NCBI GenBank assembly: GCA_964502565.1
Contig: CAZCXA010000001.1
Coordinates: forward strand, 3,806-67,805
Origin: an uncultured Pseudomonadales bacterium
Lineage (GTDB): Bacteria > Patescibacteriota > Microgenomatia > UBA1400 > PJMF01
Length of the DNA: 64,000 bases
Direction of reading: 5' to 3'
Part shown: positions 57,823-64,000 of the stretch, piece by piece
Numbering within the stretch: the first letter of the stretch is position 1
How the letters are laid out: the number at the start of each line of letters is the position of its first letter
The notes under the pieces: model-generated
Databases searched by the model: none
What the model saw: only the letters and a program-made list of their open reading frames with translations
Told to the model about the DNA's origin: nothing
Translations under genes and position numbers: made by a program

Positions 57823-60156
57823 ATGTTCAGCGTGCAACAAAAAAAAACCAAACTTCTGTTGATATTTTCTCTTGTTGTTTTAACTGCCTTGGTCTTGATC
57901 TTCTCTTATCAAGTTAAAAAGGAAACCAGTTTTGAGTTCGAGGCTCAACAAACTCATCAGGGAAGAATTGTGCATAACCCACACCAGGGCATCTTTCAGT
58001 GCCATTCAATTACTGAAGCTGGGGATGAGGTGTATATTAAGGGCGGAGGAATAATAATTAAGTGGGGCGATTTTCAACCTCTTAATAACAATCAGTTAGA
58101 CCGAGAAAAAACCAACCACTTAATCAACCAGTTAAAAGCTCTTAAACAAAAAAGTAAAAAAGCCTATATACATGTCATGATTTATGAAGAGCCTGGCAGA
58201 GATGACATGATTAACTCTATTCCTCAATGGATTAATGCTCATGATGATGATCCCAGCACTGACCAAATAGAAATCATAAGAGCCTTTGTCCGCTGGAAAG
58301 GCAACACGCCCCAATACAGACTCTATCCTGCTCCCTGGGGTAAAAAATATCAGGATAAACTTAAAAAGTTTTTATCTCTACTGAATCAAGAGTTTAAGGA
58401 TGCTGGTGTTCTGGACACCGTTGAGTATTTTGAGCCCTCTGCAGGGGGTATTTGGGGAAGCACTCATTTATGGGTGCCTGATGATCAGCTTACTAGTTTT
58501 GCTAGAGCTGCTGGTTGTAGCGACACAGACTGGACCTGTTTAGGTGTGGCATTTAACAGGGGTGTGAATGAAGTAATTCAAACATATTTATCAGCATTTC
58601 CTACAAAATCAGTCATGATGATTGGTGGCACTGGTGCTCACCGGGAGGCAAATTATACCTCTCTTAATCAATTAATTGATCGCTATGGAATGAGAGTGAT
58701 GTATAAATCTGCTGGGTTAGGTGCAAGTTATGAGAATTCCTGTGGACTTAGGTCAGAGATAACTGATCCCATATGTAAAGGGTCTTTGGCTAAGACCAAA
58801 TGTGGTCAAGAACCGTGGCTAAGTACAGCTAGTGGAGCTTTTAATCCAGGAGATGTTTGTGGAAAAAACTATTTTCAAACTTATGAGGCTTCATTAGCGC
58901 AAGAATCAATCAGTTATTACTGCCTTTATTCTTATGACATCCCCAATCAAACTGAAACAAATGAGTACCTGGCGAGAAAATTTGCTTCCCAAATTAGGTT
59001 AGCCGAACATGAAATAATAAGCCTAGAAAATAAAAACCTGCGTTTAAAATTAACATGGAACAATGAGGGTAGTATTCCCTTAACTGCACCGTTAAAAATT
59101 GGAGAGAAGTGGCAAACTTCATCTTATAAACTTTTTCTCGAACTAGAAAAAAACAATACAGTTGCTCACTATCAGGAAATTGAGATTCAACCTCCAACCA
59201 ACACCTGGGTTCCTATAAATCATTTTTTTACTACGACTCAAGATGCAGTTTTCAATCTTAATGCAAACTTAACTGGAGCCTATGATATCTATGTTGGTTT
59301 AACTGATCCTAATGGTGAAAAAGAGAGGTTTGCTCTTATTAACCCTGAAAGCGACAATGATATTGTCCAGAGAAGATACTTAATTGAAAAAAATGTTGAT
59401 GTTAACAGCACCTATACCCCTAAAGCTACTCCTACTCCTACTTCTACTTCAGGTGCGTCGCCCAGGCCCACTTCTGGAGCTACACCTTCAAGTAGTGGAG
59501 AGATTAAATTAAATCTCATTATTTCTTTAGATGGAGTGCCTTATGTTGAGGGTTTAAACCGTTTCCATCCGCTTGATGTTAATAAAGAGGTTGAGATTGC
59601 AGTTTTTTTGATCAATGTCAAAAATTTACCGGTTCATAGACAAGCAACCTTTGTTTACCAACCAGATTCTGAAGTTTATCAAACCAAACAAGACCTTGTT
59701 TATCAGGATCTTCCCTCTGGTCCCTATATGATCATGCTGAAAGGTCCCAAACATTTAGACATGCGGTTCTGCTTTACCGATGATAAGGCTGATGGCAACT
59801 GTACTGTTAAGGAGTTAATCAGGGCCTCGGTTGGTGCAAGTGGTTATAAGTCTTATGCTCAAGCGAAACAAGATAAATTTATCTGGCTCGCAACAGGTCG
59901 TAGTCATAACTTAAACCTGTCAAAGGTCCCCTTATTAGCTGGTGACCTACCTATTTCAGGACAGGATAAAAATACACAAGATGGTGCGGTTAACATTTAT
60001 GATTACTCATTTATTCTGTCTTGTCTTAATAACCGTCGTGATTATGCCTGTATTCAAAGAGCTGATATTAATTTCACAGGACAGGTTGACAATATAGACT
60101 TAAGACTAATGAGGAGAGGCTTTACCGAGTCTTTGATGACAAAAGCATATCAATAG
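57823..60156 (+). CDS. Exported modular protein: GH-A/DUF4832-like domain, P/T linker, Ig-like domain, C-terminal dockerin-like module
   Basis: N-terminal TM; IKWGDFQP, IPQWI, YPAPW, GGIWG, WNNEGSIP..GAYDIYVGL; TPKATPTPTS; LKGPKHL; AGD..QDGAVNIYDY..RADINFTGQVDNIDL. Confidence 0.75.
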   Translation: MFSVQQKKTKLLLIFSLVVLTALVLIFSYQVKKETSFEFEAQQTHQGRIVHNPHQGIFQCHSITEAGDEVYIKGGGIIIKWGDFQPLNNNQLDREKTNHLINQLKALKQKSKKAYIHVMIYEEPGRDDMINSIPQWINAHDDDPSTDQIEIIRAFVRWKGNTPQYRLYPAPWGKKYQDKLKKFLSLLNQEFKDAGVLDTVEYFEPSAGGIWGSTHLWVPDDQLTSFARAAGCSDTDWTCLGVAFNRGVNEVIQTYLSAFPTKSVMMIGGTGAHREANYTSLNQLIDRYGMRVMYKSAGLGASYENSCGLRSEITDPICKGSLAKTKCGQEPWLSTASGAFNPGDVCGKNYFQTYEASLAQESISYYCLYSYDIPNQTETNEYLARKFASQIRLAEHEIISLENKNLRLKLTWNNEGSIPLTAPLKIGEKWQTSSYKLFLELEKNNTVAHYQEIEIQPPTNTWVPINHFFTTTQDAVFNLNANLTGAYDIYVGLTDPNGEKERFALINPESDNDIVQRRYLIEKNVDVNSTYTPKATPTPTSTSGASPRPTSGATPSSSGEIKLNLIISLDGVPYVEGLNRFHPLDVNKEVEIAVFLINVKNLPVHRQATFVYQPDSEVYQTKQDLVYQDLPSGPYMIMLKGPKHLDMRFCFTDDKADGNCTVKELIRASVGASGYKSYAQAKQDKFIWLATGRSHNLNLSKVPLLAGDLPISGQDKNTQDGAVNIYDYSFILSCLNNRRDYACIQRADINFTGQVDNIDLRLMRRGFTESLMTKAYQ

Positions 60157-60245
60157 TCTGTTATAGGGTCACACAAAACTTTTTTCTTGTGCAAAAAAAT
60201 TTTTGTTTTTAAATAAACAATTATAAATCTAATATTAAAAACACT

Positions 60246-61052
60246 GTGCATAAACAAAACATTACTCAATCTAATCAAGTTTCCAATGAGAGGTATGTGA
60301 AACAAAAAAAAAGTTTATTTAAGAAAATTTTTTGTCAAAAGGAAAACAATGACAATAAATTAACAGGAAGTGTTTTTAATAAACAAAAATATTTCTTTAT
60401 TTTAACCGGTTTACTTGTAGTGTTGGTGTGTCTAAGTTTTTTTCTAATTATCAAGTATAAAGTTGTTGATCTTAACCAGCTAACAAATCGTTCCTTGGTT
60501 ATGGATCAGGCAACTGATGAAGAACTTCTATCTGAAGAGGAGTTGATATCTCGTTTAAAGATTGAGGAAAGTATGCGCAACATCACTTCAGTTCACACAG
60601 ATTTAAATGAAATTAGTGAATCAATTCAGCCAAATATTGAACAAACCGCAAAGTTAAGTATTACTAGCACAAAAAAAAGTTATCTTAAGGGAGAGTTAAT
60701 TCAAGCTGAGGTCTGGCTTGAAACCGATGTTGTTCCTGATGGAGTGGAGTTTGCGATAAAGTTTGATCCGCTAGTTTTAAGCCAAGTTGGGTTAATCCAC
60801 GATAGTAGTTTTGGTTCTTTTTTAGTCAATCAAGTTTCAACCGAGACTGGCACGATTAACACTGTTCTATTAAGAAACCCTGAAGAAAAGGTGGTTTTGA
60901 CTCAACCGTTGTTAATCTTGAAAATATCTGCAACAGCTAATCAGGTTGGTCAAACTTCATTAATTTTTGATCGAGAAAAAACCGGTGTCGCAGCAGCTGG
61001 CGGACAAAAAATGCTCTCAAACATAGAAGATTTAACTTTAAAAATTTTATAA
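60246..61052 (+). CDS. Membrane-anchored cohesin-like protein
   Basis: TM at ~aa 48-68; KGELIQAEVWLETDVVPDGVEFAIKFDPLVL..TGTI..VGQTSLIFD. Confidence 0.72.
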   Translation: MHKQNITQSNQVSNERYVKQKKSLFKKIFCQKENNDNKLTGSVFNKQKYFFILTGLLVVLVCLSFFLIIKYKVVDLNQLTNRSLVMDQATDEELLSEEELISRLKIEESMRNITSVHTDLNEISESIQPNIEQTAKLSITSTKKSYLKGELIQAEVWLETDVVPDGVEFAIKFDPLVLSQVGLIHDSSFGSFLVNQVSTETGTINTVLLRNPEEKVVLTQPLLILKISATANQVGQTSLIFDREKTGVAAAGGQKMLSNIEDLTLKIL

Positions 61053-61115
61053 CCCTTAACTTCAGATTAATATTCTTTAATAAAGATTTCGCAAACTTAT
61101 TCAGGTTTGTTTGAT

Positions 61116-61149
61116 AAAAAAACAGGAGAGTGTAGGCTCTCCTGTTTTT
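61116..61149. terminator. Bidirectional intrinsic terminator between the cohesin gene and groEL
   Basis: aaaaaaacaggagag-tgtagg-ctctcctgttttt. Confidence 0.88.
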
Positions 61150-61170
61150 ATATTACTTAAAAATTTCTTT

Positions 61171-62811
<1,641 letters not shown>

Positions 62812-62843
62812 TTATATTAATAAGTGATTAGTGATTTAAATGT

Positions 62844-63152
62844 TTATTGTGCAACAACCGCTAAAATATCATCAAACTTTAAAAACTGATATTCTAGATC
62901 ATCAATCTTAAAGTCATTACCACCCCATTTTTTATAAATAACCACATCACCCTTTTTAACTGGACATTTCAGCTCTTTTGCTCCATTTTCCCAAATAGAA
63001 CCACCACAGGCTAAAACCTTACCTTGCTGAGGTTTTTCATCTTCGGATTCAGGGAGATAAATTCCGGATCTTGTTTTTGTTTCGAGTTGTTCCGGTTCTA
63101 CAAGTACATAACCATTATTTGGTTTGAGTTGAGAAGGTTTAATAGCTTTCAT
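62844..63152 (-). CDS. groS: Co-chaperonin GroES
   Basis: KTRSGIYLP, EKPQQGKVLACG, VKKGDVV, DILAVV. Confidence 0.97.
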   Translation of the reverse strand: MKAIKPSQLKPNNGYVLVEPEQLETKTRSGIYLPESEDEKPQQGKVLACGGSIWENGAKELKCPVKKGDVVIYKKWGGNDFKIDDLEYQFLKFDDILAVVAQ

Positions 63153-63225
63153 TCAAGCACCTTTCTTGTATAGATAATAATTTTTAAAGACGATGTAAAA
63201 ATTGGTTCTAAGAAAATTGAAGTTA

Positions 63226-63263
63226 CTAGCAGTTATATTATAAGACTGCTAAAAAAATGTCAA
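63226..63263 (-). promoter_or_regulatory. Variant CIRCE operator overlapping the groES promoter
   Basis: Minus strand TTAGCAGTC-N9-AACTGCTAG (63226-63252), just 3' of TTGACA and containing TATAAT/TAATAT. Confidence 0.85.
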
Positions 63264-63288
63264 GACTGCAAAAAATGAAAAATTTTAT

Positions 63289-63654
63289 TTAATTAAGCTG
63301 ATCCTCTCGGTCATCCACTGCTTGCTGAATAACACCGATTGTCCTCTTAATATCACTTAATAATTTCATTGACATATCCATTGTTTCTCCATCGAGTCGT
63401 ACACCGTCCAACACTAATAAAGAGTCGTCTAACAGCTCATCCAACAGATCATTCACAAACTCCTGATTCTGCATCATTTTCAAAGATTCCTTATTTTGAG
63501 CACGAACCATGATCTTGTCTAAAGCAGAACTAATCTGTTTAACGCGTCGCGATTGAACAAATAAATCAAACTTGGTTTCGAGATTTTCCTCAGTATCACT
63601 TAACTCATCAGTGTTAAAACAAAGGGTGAGCTTTTGATTGTGTCTTATTTTCAT
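63289..63654 (-). CDS. Hypothetical acidic helical protein
   Basis: 121-aa ORF filling the gap between tsaD and groES; no motif recognised. Confidence 0.7.
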   Translation of the reverse strand: MKIRHNQKLTLCFNTDELSDTEENLETKFDLFVQSRRVKQISSALDKIMVRAQNKESLKMMQNQEFVNDLLDELLDDSLLVLDGVRLDGETMDMSMKLLSDIKRTIGVIQQAVDDREDQLN

Positions 63655-63728
63655 AAGTATCTAGATTATAAAGCAAAAAGTTAAAAATCAAAGTAAAAAT
63701 CAAGGATGTTGACCAAAAGTCAAAAATG

Positions 63729-64000
63729 TTAAATGCGCCAACTTGGCTTTCGATCAAGATCTTTGAGTTGTGCTTGTAGATAATTTTTCCGGGTATAACT
63801 CATTTTATAGCCTGCGGTTAAGGCAATCATGGCAGCGTTATCGCCACATAATCTTTTTTCAAAGGGTGTTTGCAACTCAATATTATAAGGCCTCAAGATA
63901 CGGCGTATAGTTTGGCGTAAATTAATGTTAGACGCGACTCCACCGCCTAACCAAACTTGAGAAAAAAACTGTTTATCTTTTTGTTGCTCGTTTTTTCGTA
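63729..64000 (-). CDS. tsaD: tRNA threonylcarbamoyltransferase TsaD (3' part only)
   Basis: Manual translation: VWLGGGVASNINLR..LCGDNAAMIA..RKPSWRI*. Confidence 0.93.
   Translation of the reverse strand, partial: RKNEQQKDKQFFSQVWLGGGVASNINLRQTIRRILRPYNIELQTPFEKRLCGDNAAMIALTAGYKMSYTRKNYLQAQLKDLDRKPSWRI

Noticed and set aside
55899-61052. Integrative element at the tRNA-Met genes driven by the tyrosine recombinase
   Set aside because: No duplicated tRNA 3' end found, the recombinase is Xer-sized with no arm-binding domain, and a core-like ftsB gene intervenes

Overview
AT-rich chromosomal window from a reduced-genome bacterium, most likely Patescibacteria/CPR and Microgenomates-like. This is inferred from the truncated AlaRS and IF2, the stand-alone PolA 5'-3' exonuclease, the Lon AAA+-only gene, the NDLR Xer variant, and the sortase and cohesin/dockerin proteins. 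Standard code 11 is used (TGA is a stop). Most genes lie on the minus strand and are housekeeping: rpoBC, mltG, ruvX, alaS, ftsK, rnj, rpe, rpiB, pnp, rpsO, infB, nusA, hrcA-grpE-dnaK..dnaJ, ftsH, trpS, groES/EL and tsaD. RNA genes are tRNA-Val(CAC), tRNA-Met(CAT), an atypical tRNA-fMet, and tmRNA with a 26-codon tag. The best candidate for an undescribed system is a cellulosome-like surface-display set: a dockerin-tipped glycoside-hydrolase-like protein beside a membrane-anchored cohesin, a second cohesin with an LPQSG sortase signal divergent from a GH39, and a sortase. Other points of interest are a DUF4430+DUF6580 candidate cobalamin-capture pair, probable pseudo-enzymes, rifampicin-resistance-type RpoB residues, variant CIRCE operators, structured leaders (pnp, nusA), and many short tandem or heptamer repeats. 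No CRISPR array, IS or prophage was seen. All family assignments are by motif recognition, not database search.
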